A DNA stretch of 64,000 bases from the human T2T-CHM13v2.0 reference genome, Homo sapiens: NCBI RefSeq assembly GCF_009914755.1, contig NC_060944.1; one strand, written 5' to 3'. Positions 40,901-56,400 of the stretch are shown piece after piece. The first letter of the stretch is position 1. Every line of letters starts with the position of its first letter. The position numbers were made by a program, and so were the translations under genes. The notes under the pieces were generated by a model. The model ran no database searches. It was not told where the DNA came from and saw only the letters and a program-made list of their open reading frames with translations.

Positions 40901-41466
40901 ATGCTTCAGGGAAGTTTTTATTTGAAGAAATTTCCCTTTCCACAATAGGCCTCAAATCGCTCTAAATATCCACCTGCAGATTCTACAAAAAGAGTTCTTC
41001 AAAACTGCTCAATCCAAAGAAAGGTTCTACTCTGTGGGATGAATGCACGCATCACAAAGTAGTTTCTGAGAATGCTTCTGCATAGTTTTTATTTGAAGAT
41101 ATTTCCTTCTCCACTATAGTCCTGAAAAGGCTCCAAATATCCACTTGCAGATTCTAAAAAAAGACTGTTTCAATACTGCTCAATCCAAAGAAAGATTCTA
41201 TTCTGTGAGATGAATGCACGGATCACAAAGAAGTCCCACAGAATGCTTCTGCATAGTTTTTAAGTGAAGATATTTCCTTCTCCACTATAGGCCTCAAAAG
41301 ACTCCAAATATCCACTTGCAGAATCTAAAAAAATAGTCTTTCAAAACTGCTGTATCAAAGAAAAATTCAACACTGTGAGATGAATGCACAGATAACAAAG
41401 AAGTTCCTCAGAATGCTTCTGTGTAGTCTTTATGTGAAGATATTTGTTTTTCCACAGTAGTCCCCA
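34977..41466 (-). repeat. Transitional mosaic with subunit order 7,6,5,7,6,7, including one diverged 18-mer (36173-39246)
   Basis: Anchors at 34977, 36173, 37197, 38051, 39247, 40272 and 41467 give steps of 1196, 1024, 854, 1196, 1025 and 1195. Confidence 0.86.
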
Positions 41467-44400
41467 ATGAGCTCCAAATATCCACTTGCAGATTCTACAA
41501 AAAGAGTGTTTCAAAACTGCTCAATCAACAGAGACATTCAACTCTGTGAGATGAATGCACCCATCACAAAGAAGTTTCTCGGAATGCTTCTGTGTAGTTT
41601 TTGTGTGAAGATATTTCATTTTCCACAGTATGCCTCAAAGCGCTCCAAATATCCACTCTCAGATTCTGTAAAAAGAGAGATTCCAAACTGCTGAATCAAA
41701 AGATAAGTTCAACACTGTGACTTAGGTGCACAATTCACAAAGATGTTCCTCAGAAATCTTCTGTGTAGTTTTTATATGAAGATATCTCCTCCTCCAAAAC
41801 AGATCTCAAAGCCCTCCAAATACTCACTTCCAGATTGTACGGAAAGATTGTGTCAAAACTGCTAAATCAAAACAAAGGTTCAACTCTGTGATGAATGCAC
41901 TCATCAGAAAGAAGGTTCTCTGAATGCTTCTGTGTAGTTTCTATTTGAAGATATTTCCTTTTCCAATATAGGGCAAAATAGGGCCCCAAATATTCACTTG
42001 CAGATTCTACAAAAAGGGAGATTCTAAACTGCTCAATCAACAGATACCTTCAACAATGTGAGTTGAATGCACACATCGCAAATAAGTTTCACAGAATGCT
42101 TCTGGGTAGTTTTTACTTGAAGAAATTTCCCTTTCCACAATAGGCCTCAAATCACTCTAAATATCCACTTGCAGATTCTACAAAAAGAGTGTTTCAAAAC
42201 TGCTCAATCCAAAGAAAGGTTGTACCCTGTGAGATGAATGCACGCATCACAAAGTAGTTTCTCAGAATGCTTCTGCATAGTTTTTATGTGAAGATATTTC
42301 CTTCTACACTGTAGGCCTGAAAAGGCTCCAAATATCCATTTACAGATTCTAAAAAAGAGTGTTTCAAAACTGCTATATCAATAGAAACATCCAACTCTGT
42401 GAGATGAATGCACAGATCACAAAGAAGTTTTTCAGAATGCTTCTGTGTAGTTTTTATGTGAAGATATTTGATTTTCCACAGTAGGCCCCAATGAGCTCCA
42501 AATATCCACTTGCAGATTCCACAAAAAGAGTGTTTCAAAACTGCTCAATCAACAGAGACATTCAACTCTGTGAGATGAATGCACACATCACAAAGAAGTT
42601 TCTCAGAATGCTTCTGTGTAGTTTTTGTGTGAAGATATTTCATTTTCCACAGTACGCCTCAAAGCGCTCCAAATATCCACTCTCAGATTCTGTAAAAAGA
42701 GAGATTCAAAACTGCTGAATCAAAAGATAGGTTCAACACTGTCACTTCAGTGCACAACTCACAAAGATGTTTCTCAGAATGCTTCTGTGTAGTTTTTGTG
42801 TGAAGATAATTCATTTTCCACAGTACGCATCAAAGCGCTCCAAATATCCACTCACAGATTCTGTAAAAAGAAAGATTCAAAACTGCTGAATCAAAAGATA
42901 CGTTCAACAATGTGAGCTGAATGCACACATCACAAATAAGGTTGACAGAATGCTTCTGGGTAGTTTTTATTTGAAGAAATTTCCCTTTCCACAATAGGCC
43001 TCAAATTGCTCTAAATATCCACTTGCAGATTCTACAGAGAGAATGTTTCAAAACTGCTCAGTCAAAAGAAAGGTTGTACTCTGTGAGGTGAATGCACACA
43101 TCACAAAGTAGTTTCTCAGAATGCTTCTGCATAGTTTTTATGTGAAGATATTTCCTTCCCCACTATAGGCCTCAAAGGCTCCAAATATCCACTTGTAGAT
43201 TCTAAAAAAATAGTGTTTCAAAACTGCTGTATCAAAAGAAAGATTCAACTCTGTGAGATGGATGCACAGATCACAAAGAAGTTTCTCATAAAGCTTCTGT
43301 GTAGTTTTTATGTGAAGATATTTGTTTTTCCACAGCAGGCCCCAATGAACTCCAAATATCCACTTGCAGATTCTATAAAAAGAGTGTTTCAAAACTGCTC
43401 AATCAACAGAGACATTCAACTCTGTGAGATGAATGCACACATCACAAAGAAGTTTCTCAGAATGCTTCTGTGCAGTTTTTGTGTGAAGATATTTCATTTT
43501 CCACAGTACGCCTCAAAGCGCTCCAAATATCCACTCGCAGGTTCTGTAAAAAGAGAGATTCAAAACTGGTGAATCAAAAGATAGGTTCAACACTGTGACT
43601 TCAGTGCACAACTCACAAAGGTGTTTATCAGAAATCTTCTGTACAGTTTTTATATGAAGATATCTCCTTCTCCAAAACACAACTCAAATCCCTACAAATA
43701 TTCACTTCCAGATTCTACGGAATGATTGTCTCAAAACTACTAAATCAAAACAAAGGTTCAACTCTGTGATGAATGCACTCATCAGAAAGAAGGTTCTCTG
43801 AATGCTTCTGTGTAGTTTCTATTTGAAGATATTTCCTTTTCCACTCTAGGGCGAAATAGGGCTCCAAATATTCACTTGCAGAATCTACAAAAAGAGAGAT
43901 TCTAAACTGCTCAATCAACAGATACGTTCAACAATGTGAGTTGAATGCACACATCACAAATAAGTTTCACAGAATGCTTCTGGGTAGTTTTTATTTGAAG
44001 AAATTTCCCTACCCAGCTCAGGCCTCAAGTCGCTCTAAATATCCACTTGCAGATCCTACAAAAAGAGTGTGTCAAAACTGCTCAATCAAAAGAAAGGTTC
44101 TACTCTGTGAGATGGATGCAAACATCAGAAAGTAGTTTCGCAGAATTCTTCTGCATAGTTTTTATGTGAAGATATTTCCTTCTCCACTATAGGTCTCAAA
44201 AGGCTCCAAATATCCACTTGCAGATTCGAAAAAAAGACTGTTTCAAAACAGCTCAATCCAAAGAAAGGTTCTACTCTGTGAGATGAATGAACACATCATA
44301 AAGTAGTTTCTCAGAATGCTTCTGCATAGTTTTTATGTGAAGATATTTCCTTCTCCACTATAGGCCTCAAAAGCCTCCAAATATCCACTTGCGGATTCTA

Positions 44401-47400
44401 AAAAAAGAGTGCTTCTAAACTTCTGTACCAAAAGAAAGATTCAACACTGTGAGATGAATGCACAGATCACAAAGAAGTTCCTCAGAATGCTTCTGTGTAG
44501 TCTTTATGTGAAGATATTTGTTTTTCCACAGTAGTCCCCAATGAGCTCCAAATATCCACTTGCAGATTCTACAAAAAGAGTGTTTCAAAACTGCTCAATC
44601 AACAGAGACATTCAACTCTGTGAGATGAATGCACCCATCACAAAGAAGTTTCTCGGAATGCTTCTGTGTAGTTTTTGTGTGAAGACATTTCATTTTCCAC
44701 AGTATGCCTCAAAGCGCTCCAAATATCCACTCTCAGATTCTGTAAAAAGAGAGATTCCAAACTGCTGAATCAAAAGATAGGTTCAACACTGTGACTTAGG
44801 TGCACAATTCACAAAGATGTTCCTCAGAAATCTTCTGTGTAGTTTTTATATGAAGATATCTCCTCCTCCAAAACAGATCTCAAAGCCCTCCAAATATTCA
44901 CTCCCAGATTGTACGGAAAGATTGTGTCAAAACTGCTAAATCAAAACAAAGGTTCAACTCTGTGATGAATGCACTCATCAGAAAGAAGGTTCTCTGAATG
45001 CTTCTGTGTAGTTTCTATTTGAAGATATTTCCTTTTCCAATATAGGGCAAAATAGGGCCCCAAATATTCACTTGCAGATTCTGCAAAAAGGGAGATTCTA
45101 AACTGCTCAATCAACAGATACCTTCAACAATGTGATTTGAATGCACACATCGCAAATAAGTTTCACAGAATGCTTCTGGGTAGTTTTTATTTGAAGAAAT
45201 TTCCCTTTCCACAATAGGCCTCAAATCACTCTAAATATCCACTTGCAGATTCTACAAAAAGAGTGTTTCAAAACTGCTCAATCCAAAGAAAGGTTGTACC
45301 CTGTGAGATGAATGCACGCATCACAAAGTAGTTTCTCAGAATGCTTCTGCATAGTTTTTATGTGAAGATATTTCCTTCTACACTGTAGGCCTGAAAAGGC
45401 TCCAAATATCCATTTACAGATTCTAAAAAAAAAGTGTTTCAAAACTGCTATATCAATAGAAACATCCAACTCTGTGAGATGAATGCACAGATCACAAAGA
45501 AGTTTCTCAGAATGCTTCTGTGTAGTTTTTATGTGAAGATATTTGATTTTCCACAGTAGGCCCCAACGAGCTCCAAATATCCACTTGCAGATTCCACAAA
45601 AAGAGTGTTTCAAAACTGCTCAATCAACAGAGACATTCAACTCTGTGAGATGAATGCACACATCACAAAGAAGTTTCTCAGAATGCTTCTGTGTAGTTTT
45701 TGTGTGAAGATATTTCATTTTCCACAGTACGCCTCAAAGCGCTCCAAATATCCACTCTCAGATTCTGTAAAAAGAGAGATTCAAAACTGCTGAATCAAAA
45801 GATAGGTTCAACACTGTCACTTCAGTGCACAACTCACAAAGATGTTTCTCAGAATGCTTCTGTGTAGTTTTTGTGTGAAGATAATTCATTTTCCACAGTA
45901 CGCCTCAAAGCGCTCCAAATATCCACTCACAGATTCTGTAAAAAGAAAGATTCAAAACTGCTGAATCAAAAGATACGTTCAACAATGTGAGCTGAATGCA
46001 CACATCACAAATAAGGTTGACAGAATGCTTCTGGGTAGTTTTTATTTGAAGAAATTTCCCTTTCCACAATAGGCCTCAAATTGCTCTAAATATCCACTTG
46101 CAGATTCTACAGAGAGAATGTTTCAAAACTGCTCAGTCAAAAGAAAGGTTGTACTCTGTGAGGTGAATGCACACATCACAAAGTAGTTTCTCAGAATGCT
46201 TCTGCATAGTTTTTATGTGAAGATATTTCCTTCCCCACTATAGGCCTCAAAGGCTCCAAATATCCACTTGTAGATTCTAAAAAAATAGTGTTTCAAAACT
46301 GCTGTATCAAAAGAAAGATTCAACTCTGTGAGATGGATGCACAGATCACAAAGAAGTTTCTCATAAAGCTTCTGTGTAGTTTTTATGTGAAGATATTTGT
46401 TTTTCCACAGCAGGCCCCAATGAACTCCAAATATCCACTTGCAGATTCTATAAAAAGAGTGTTTCAAAACTGCTCAATCAACAGAGACATTCAACTCTGT
46501 GAGATGAATGCACACATCACAAAGAAGTTTCTCAGAATGCTTCTGTGCAGTTTTTGTGTGAAGATATTTCATTTTCCACAGTACGCCTCAAAGCGCTCCA
46601 AATATCCACTCGCAGGTTCTGTAAAAAGAGAGATTCAAAACTGGTGAATCAAAAGATAGGTTCAACACTGTGACTTCAGTGCACAACTCACAAAGGTGTT
46701 TATCAGAAATCTTCTGTACAGTTTTTATATGAAGATATCTCCTTCTCCAAAACACAACTCAAATCCCTACAAATATTCACTTCCAGATTCTACGGAATGA
46801 TTGTCTCAAAACTACTAAATCAAAACAAAGGTTCAACTCTGTGATGAATGCACTCATCAGAAAGAAGGTTCTCTGAATGCTTCTGTGTAGTTTCTATTTG
46901 AAGATATTTCCTTTTCCACTCTAGGGCGAAATAGGGCTCCAAATATTCACTTGCAGAATCTACAAAAAGAGAGATTCTAAACTGCTCAATCAACAGATAC
47001 GTTCAACAATGTGAGTTGAATGCACACATCACAAATAAGTTTCACAGAATGCTTCTGGGTAGTTTTTATTTGAAGAAATTTCCCTACCCAGCTCAGGCCT
47101 CAAGTCGCTCTAAATATCCACTTGCAGATCCTACAAAAAGAGTGTGTCAAAACTGCTCAATCAAAAGAAAGGTTCTACTCTGTGAGATGGATGCAAACAT
47201 CAGAAAGTAGTTTCGCAGAATTCTTCTGCATAGTTTTTATGTGAAGATATTTCCTTCTCCACTATAGGTCTCAAAAGGCTCCAAATATCCACTTGCAGAT
47301 TCGAAAAAAAGACTGTTTCAAAACAGCTCAATCCAAAGAAAGGTTCTACTCTGTGAGATGAATGAACACATCATAAAGTAGTTTCTCAGAATGCTTCTGC

Positions 47401-50400
47401 ATAGTTTTTATGTGAAGATATTTCCTTCTCCACTATAGGCCTCAAAAGCCTCCAAATATCCACTTGCGGATTCTAAAAAAAGAGTGCTTCTAAACTTCTG
47501 TACCAAAAGAAAGATTCAACACTGTGAGATGAATGCACAGATCACAAAGAAGTTCCTCAGAATGCTTCTGTGTAGTCTTTATGTGAAGATATTTGTTTTT
47601 CCACAGTAGTCCCCAATGAGCTCCAAATATCCACTTGCAGATTCTACAAAAAGAGTGTTTCAAAACTGCTCAATCAACAGAGACATTCAACTCTGTGAGA
47701 TGAATGCACCCATCACAAAGAAGTTTCTCGGAATGCTTCTGGGTAGTTTTTGTGTGAAGACATTTCATTTTCCACAGTATGCCTCAAAGCGCTCCAAATA
47801 TCCACTCTCAGATTCTGTAAAAAGAGAGATTCCAAACTGCTGAATCAAAAGATAGGTTCAACACTGTGACTTAGGTGCACAATTCACAAAGATGTTCCTC
47901 AGAAATCTTCTGTGTAGTTTTTATATGAAGATATCTCCTCCTCCAAAACAGATCTCAAAGCCCTCCAAATATTCACTTCCAGATTGTACGGAAAGATTGT
48001 GTCAAAACTGCTAAATCAAAACAAAGGTTCAACTCTGTGATGAATGCACTCATCAGAAAGAAGGTTCTCTGAATGCTTCTGTGTAGTTTCTATTTGAAGA
48101 TATTTCCTTTTCCAATATAGGGCAAAATAGGGCCCCAAATATTCACTTGCAGATTCTGCAAAAAGGGAGATTCTAAACTGCTCAATCAACAGATACCTTC
48201 AACAATGTGATTTGAATGCACACATCGCAAATAAGTTTCACAGAATGCTTCTGGGTAGTTTTTATTTGAAGAAATTTCCCTTTCCACAATAGGCCTCAAA
48301 TCACTCTAAATATCCACTTGCAGATTCTACAAAAAGAGTGTTTCAAAACTGCTCAATCCAAAGAAAGGTTGTACCCTGTGAGATGAATGCACGCATCACA
48401 AAGTAGTTTCTCAGAATGCTTCTGCATAGTTTTTATGTGAAGATATTTCCTTCTACACTGTAGGCCTGAAAAGGCTCCAAATATCCATTTACAGATTCTA
48501 AAAAAAAAGTGTTTCAAAACTGCTATATCAATAGAAACATCCAACTCTGTGAGATGAATGCACAGATCACAAAGAAGTTTCTCAGAATGCTTCTGTGTAG
48601 TTTTTATGTGAAGATATTTGATTTTCCACAGTAGGCCCCAACGAGCTCCAAATATCCACTTGCAGATTCCACAAAAAGAGTGTTTCAAAACTGCTCAATC
48701 AACAGAGACATTCAACTCTGTGAGATGAATGCACACATCACAAAGAAGTTTCTCAGAATGCTTCTGTGTAGTTTTTGTGTGAAGATATTTCATTTTCCAC
48801 AGTACGCCTCAAAGCGCTCCAAATATCCACTCTCAGATTCTGTAAAAAGAGAGATTCAAAACTGCTGAATCAAAAGATAGGTTCAACACTGTCACTTCAG
48901 TGCACAACTCACAAAGATGTTTCTCAGAATGCTTCTGTGTAGTTTTTGTGTGAAGATAATTCATTTTCCACAGTACGCCTCAAAGCGCTCCAAATATCCA
49001 CTCACAGATTCTGTAAAAAGAAAGATTCAAAACTGCTGAATCAAAAGATACGTTCAACAATGTGAGCTGAATGCACACATCACAAATAAGGTTGACAGAA
49101 TGCTTCTGGGTAGTTTTTATTTGAAGAAATTTCCCTTTCCACAATAGGCCTCAAATTGCTCTAAATATCCACTTGCAGATTCTACAGAGAGAATGTTTCA
49201 AAACTGCTCAGTCAAAAGAAAGGTTGTCCTCTGTGAGGTGAATGCACACATCACAAAGTAGTTTCTCAGAATGCTTCTGCATAGTTTTTATGTGAAGATA
49301 TTTCCTTCCCCACTATAGGCCTCAAAGGCTCCAAATATCCACTTGTAGATTCTAAAAAAATAGTGTTTCAAAACTGCTGTATCAAAAGAAAGATTCAACT
49401 CTGTGAGATGGATGCACAGATCACAAAGAAGTTTCTCATAAAGCTTCTGTGTAGTTTTTATGTGAAGATATTTGTTTTTCCACAGCAGGCCCCAATGAAC
49501 TCCAAATATCCACTTGCAGATTCTATAAAAAGAGTGTTTCAAAACTGCTCAATCAACAGAGACATTCAACTCTGTGAGATGAATGCACACATCACAAAGA
49601 AGTTTCTCAGAATGCTTCTGTGCAGTTTTTGTGTGAAGATATTTCATTTTCCACAGTACGCCTCAAAGCGCTCCAAATATCCACTCGCAGGTTCTGTAAA
49701 AAGAGAGATTCAAAACTGGTGAATCAAAAGATAGGTTCAACACTGTGACTTCAGTGCACAACTCACAAAGGTGTTTATCAGAAATCTTCTGTACAGTTTT
49801 TATATGAAGATATCTCCTTCTCCAAAACACAACTCAAATCCCTACAAATATTCACTTCCAGATTCTACGGAATGATTGTCTCAAAACTACTAAATCAAAA
49901 CAAAGGTTCAACTCTGTGATGAATGCACTCATCAGAAAGAAGGTTCTCTGAATGCTTCTGTGTAGTTTCTATTTGAAGATATTTCCTTTTCCACTCTAGG
50001 GCGAAATAGGGCTCCAAATATTCACTTGCAGAATCTACAAAAAGAGAGATTCTAAACTGCTCAATCAACAGATACGTTCAACAATGTGAGTTGAATGCAC
50101 ACATCACAAATAAGTTTCACAGAATGCTTCTGGGTAGTTTTTATTTGAAGAAATTTCCCTACCCAGCTCAGGCCTCAAGTCGCTCTAAATATCCACTTGC
50201 AGATCCTACAAAAAGAGTGTGTCAAAACTGCTCAATCAAAAGAAAGGTTCTACTCTGTGAGATGGATGCAAACATCAGAAAGTAGTTTCGCAGAATTCTT
50301 CTGCATAGTTTTTATGTGAAGATATTTCCTTCTCCACTATAGGTCTCAAAAGGCTCCAAATATCCACTTGCAGATTCGAAAAAAAGACTGTTTCAAAACA

Positions 50401-53400
50401 GCTCAATCCAAAGAAAGGTTCTACTCTGTGAGATGAATGAACACATCATAAAGTAGTTTCTCAGAATGCTTCTGCATAGTTTTTATGTGAAGATATTTCC
50501 TTCTCCACTATAGGCCTCAAAAGCCTCCAAATATCCACTTGCGGATTCTAAAAAAAGAGTGCTTCTAAACTTCTGTACCAAAAGAAAGATTCAACACTGT
50601 GAGATGAATGCACAGATCACAAAGAAGTTCCTCAGAATGCTTCTGTGTAGTCTTTATGTGAAGATATTTGTTTTTCCACAGTAGTCCCCAATGAGCTCCA
50701 AATATCCACTTGCAGATTCTACAAAAAGAGTGTTTCAAAACTGCTCAATCAACAGAGACATTCAACTCTGTGAGATGAATGCACCCATCACAAAGAAGTT
50801 TCTCGGAATGCTTCTGTGTAGTTTTTGTGTGAAGACATTTCATTTTCCACAGTATGCCTCAAAGCGCTCCAAATATCCACTCTCAGATTCTGTAAAAAGA
50901 GAGATTCCAAACTGCTGAATCAAAAGATAGGTTCAACACTGTGACTTAGGTGCACAATTCACAAAGATGTTCCTCAGAAATCTTCTGTGTAGTTTTTATA
51001 TGAAGATATCTCCTCCTCCAAAACAGATCTCAAAGCCCTCCAAATATTCACTTCCAGATTGTACGGAAAGATTGTGTCAAAACTGCTAAATCAAAACAAA
51101 GGTTCAACTCTGTGATGAATGCACTCATCAGAAAGAAGGTTCTCTGAATGCTTCTGTGTAGTTTCTATTTGAAGATATTTCCTTTTCCAATATAGGGCAA
51201 AATAGGGCCCCAAATATTCACTTGCAGATTCTGCAAAAAGGGAGATTCTAAACTGCTCAATCAACAGATACCTTCAACAATGTGATTTGAATGCACACAT
51301 CGCAAATAAGTTTCACAGAATGCTTCTGGGTAGTTTTTAGTTGAAGAAATTTCCCTTTCCACAATAGGCCTCAAATCACTCTAAATATCCACTTGCAGAT
51401 TCTACAAAAAGAGTGTTTCAAAACTGCTCAATCCAAAGAAAGGTTGTACCCTGTGAGATGAATGCACGCATCACAAAGTAGTTTCTCAGAATGCTTCTGC
51501 ATAGTTTTTATGTGAAGATATTTCCTTCTACACTGTAGGCCTGAAAAGGCTCCAAATATCCATTTACAGATTCTAAAAAAAAAGTGTTTCAAAACTGCTA
51601 TATCAATAGAAACATCCAACTCTGTGAGATGAATGCACAGATCACAAAGAAGTTTCTCAGAATGCTTCTGTGTAGTTTTTATGTGAAGATATTTGATTTT
51701 CCACAGTAGGCCCCAACGAGCTCCAAATATCCACTTGCAGATTCCACAAAAAGAGTGTTTCAAAACTGCTCAATCAACAGAGACATTCAACTCTGTGAGA
51801 TGAATGCACACATCACAAAGAAGTTTCTCAGAATGCTTCTGTGTAGTTTTTGTGTGAAGATATTTCATTTTCCACAGTACGCCTCAAAGCGCTCCAAATA
51901 TCCACTCTCAGATTCTGTAAAAAGAGAGATTCAAAACTGCTGAATCAAAAGATAGGTTCAACACTGTCACTTCAGTGCACAACTCACAAAGATGTTTCTC
52001 AGAATGCTTCTGTGTAGTTTTTGTGTGAAGATAATTCATTTTCCACAGTACGCCTCAAAGCGCTCCAAATATCCACTCACAGATTCTGTAAAAAGAAAGA
52101 TTCAAAACTGCTGAATCAAAAGATACGTTCAACAATGTGAGCTGAATGCACACATCACAAATAAGGTTGACAGAATGCTTCTGGGTAGTTTTTATTTGAA
52201 GAAATTTCCCTTTCCACAATAGGCCTCAAATTGCTCTAAATATCCACTTGCAGATTCTACAGAGAGAATGTTTCAAAACTGCTCAGTCAAAAGAAAGGTT
52301 GTACTCTGTGAGGTGAATGCACACATCACAAAGTAGTTTCTCAGAATGCTTCTGCATAGTTTTTATGTGAAGATATTTCCTTCCCCACTATAGGCCTCAA
52401 AGGCTCCAAATATCCACTTGTAGATTCTAAAAAAATAGTGTTTCAAAACTGCTGTATCAAAAGAAAGATTCAACTCTGTGAGATGGATGCACAGATCACA
52501 AAGAAGTTTCTCATAAAGCTTCTGTGTAGTTTTTATGTGAAGATATTTGTTTTTCCACAGCAGGCCCCAATGAACTCCAAATATCCACTTGCAGATTCTA
52601 TAAAAAGAGTGTTTCAAAACTGCTCAATCAACAGAGACATTCAACTCTGTGAGATGAATGCACACATCACAAAGAAGTTTCTCAGAATGCTTCTGTGCAG
52701 TTTTTGTGTGAAGATATTTCATTTTCCACAGTACGCCTCAAAGCGCTCCAAATATCCACTTGCAGGTTCTGTAAAAAGAGAGATTCAAAACTGGTGAATC
52801 AAAAGATAGGTTCAACACTGTGACTTCAGTGCACAACTCACAAAGGTGTTTATCAGAAATCTTCTGTACAGTTTTTATATGAAGATATCTCCTTCTCCAA
52901 AACACAACTCAAATCCCTACAAATATTCACTTCCAGATTCTACGGAATGATTGTCTCAAAACTACTAAATCAAAACAAAGGTTCAACTCTGTGATGAATG
53001 CACTCATCAGAAAGAAGGTTCTCTGAATGCTTCTGTGTAGTTTCTATTTGAAGATATTTCCTTTTCCACTCTAGGGCGAAATAGGGCTCCAAATATTCAC
53101 TTGCAGAATCTACAAAAAGAGAGATTCTAAACTGCTCAATCAACAGATACGTTCAACAATGTGAGTTGAATGCACACATCACAAATAAGTTTCACAGAAT
53201 GCTTCTGGGTAGTTTTTATTTGAAGAAATTTCCCTACCCAGCTCAGGCCTCAAGTCGCTCTAAATATCCACTTGCAGATCCTACAAAAAGAGTGTGTCAA
53301 AACTGCTCAATCAAAAGAAAGGTTCTACTCTGTGAGATGGATGCAAACATCAGAAAGTAGTTTCGCAGAATTCTTCTGCATAGTTTTTATGTGAAGATAT

Positions 53401-56400
53401 TTCCTTCTCCACTATAGGTCTCAAAAGGCTCCAAATATCCACTTGCAGATTCGAAAAAAAGACTGTTTCAAAACAGCTCAATCCAAAGAAAGGTTCTACT
53501 CTGTGAGATGAATGAACACATCATAAAGTAGTTTCTCAGAATGCTTCTGCATAGTTTTTATGTGAAGATATTTCCTTCTCCACTATAGGCCTCAAAAGCC
53601 TCCAAATATCCACTTGCGGATTCTAAAAAAAGAGTGCTTCTAAACTTCTGTACCAAAAGAAAGATTCAACACTGTGAGATGAATGCACAGATCACAAAGA
53701 AGTTCCTCAGAATGCTTCTGTGTAGTCTTTATGTGAAGATATTTGTTTTTCCACAGTAGTCCCCAATGAGCTCCAAATATCCACTTGCAGATTCTACAAA
53801 AAGAGTGTTTCAAAACTGCTCAATCAACAGAGACATTCAACTCTGTGAGATGAATGCACCCATCACAAAGAAGTTTCTCGGAATGCTTCTGTGTAGTTTT
53901 TGTGTGAAGACATTTCATTTTCCACAGTATGCCTCAAAGCGCTCCAAATATCCACTCTCAGATTCTGTAAAAAAAAGAGAGATTCCAAACTGCTGAATCA
54001 AAAGATAGGTTCAACACTGTGACTTAGGTGCACAATTCACAAAGATGTTCCTCAGAAATCTTCTGTGTAGTTTTTATATGAAGATATCTCCTCCTCCAAA
54101 ACAGATCTCAAAGCCCTCCAAATATTCACTCCCAGATTGTACGGAAAGATTGTGTCAAAACTGCTAAATCAAAACAAAGGTTCAACTCTGTGATGAATGC
54201 ACTCATCAGAAAGAAGGTTCTCTGAATGCTTCTGTGTAGTTTCTATTTGAAGATATTTCCTTTTCCAATATAGGGCAAAATAGGGCCCCAAATATTCACT
54301 TGCAGATTCTGCAAAAAGGGAGATTCTAAACTGCTCAATCAACAGATACCTTCAACAATGTGATTTGAATGCACACATCGCAAATAAGTTTCACAGAATG
54401 CTTCTGGGTAGTTTTTAGTTGAAGAAATTTCCCTTTCCACAATAGGCCTCAAATCACTCTAAATATCCACTTGCAGATTCTACAAAAAGAGTGTTTCAAA
54501 ACTGCTCAATCCAAAGAAAGGTTGTACCCTGTGAGATGAATGCACGCATCACAAAGTAGTTTCTCAGAATGCTTCTGCATAGTTTTTATGTGAAGATATT
54601 TCCTTCTACACTGTAGGCCTGAAAAGGCTCCAAATATCCATTTACAGATTCTAAAAAAAAAGTGTTTCAAAACTGCTATATCAATAGAAACATCCAACTC
54701 TGTGAGATGAATGCACAGATCACAAAGAAGTTTCTCAGAATGCTTCTGTGTAGTTTTTATGTGAAGATATTTGATTTTCCACAGTAGGCCCCAACGAGCT
54801 CCAAATATCCACTTGCAGATTCCACAAAAAGAGTGTTTCAAAACTGCTCAATCAACAGAGACATTCAACTCTGTGAGATGAATGCACACATCACAAAGAA
54901 GTTTCTCAGAATGCTTCTGTGTAGTTTTTGTGTGAAGATATTTCATTTTCCACAGTACGCCTCAAAGCGCTCCAAATATCCACTCTCAGATTCTGTAAAA
55001 AGAGAGATTCAAAACTGCTGAATCAAAAGATAGGTTCAACACTGTCACTTCAGTGCACAACTCACAAAGATGTTTCTCAGAATGCTTCTGTGTAGTTTTT
55101 GTGTGAAGATAATTCATTTTCCACAGTACGCCTCAAAGCGCTCCAAATATCCACTCACAGATTCTGTAAAAAGAAAGATTCAAAACTGCTGAATCAAAAG
55201 ATACGTTCAACAATGTGAGCTGAATGCACACATCACAAATAAGGTTGACAGAATGCTTCTGGGTAGTTTTTATTTGAAGAAATTTCCCTTTCCACAATAG
55301 GCCTCAAATTGCTCTAAATATCCACTTGCAGATTCTACAGAGAGAATGTTTCAAAACTGCTCAGTCAAAAGAAAGGTTGTACTCTGTGAGGTGAATGCAC
55401 ACATCACAAAGTAGTTTCTCAGAATGCTTCTGCATAGTTTTTATGTGAAGATATTTCCTTCCCCACTATAGGCCTCAAAGGCTCCAAATATCCACTTGTA
55501 GATTCTAAAAAAATAGTGTTTCAAAACTGCTGTATCAAAAGAAAGATTCAACTCTGTGAGATGGATGCACAGATCACAAAGAAGTTTCTCATAAAGCTTC
55601 TGTGTAGTTTTTATGTGAAGATATTTGTTTTTCCACAGCAGGCCCCAATGAACTCCAAATATCCACTTGCAGATTCTATAAAAAGAGTGTTTCAAAACTG
55701 CTCAATCAACAGAGACATTCAACTCTGTGAGATGAATGCACACATCACAAAGAAGTTTCTCAGAATGCTTCTGTGCAGTTTTTGTGTGAAGATATTTCAT
55801 TTTCCACAGTACGCCTCAAAGCGCTCCAAATATCCACTCGCAGGTTCTGTAAAAAGAGAGATTCAAAACTGGTGAATCAAAAGATAGGTTCAACACTGTG
55901 ACTTCAGTGCACAACTCACAAAGGTGTTTATCAGAAATCTTCTGTACAGTTTTTATATGAAGATATCTCCTTCTCCAAAACACAACTCAAATCCCTACAA
56001 ATATTCACTTCCAGATTCTACGGAATGATTGTCTCAAAACTACTAAATCAAAACAAAGGTTCAACTCTGTGATGAATGCACTCATCAGAAAGAAGGTTCT
56101 CTGAATGCTTCTGTGTAGTTTCTATTTGAAGATATTTCCTTTTCCACTCTAGGGCGAAATAGGGCTCCAAATATTCACTTGCAGAATCTACAAAAAGAGA
56201 GATTCTAAACTGCTCAATCAACAGATACGTTCAACAATGTGAGTTGAATGCACACATCACAAATAAGTTTCACAGAATGCTTCTGGGTAGTTTTTATTTG
56301 AAGAAATTTCCCTACCCAGCTCAGGCCTCAAGTCGCTCTAAATATCCACTTGCAGATCCTACAAAAAGAGTGTGTCAAAACTGCTCAATCAAAAGAAAGG

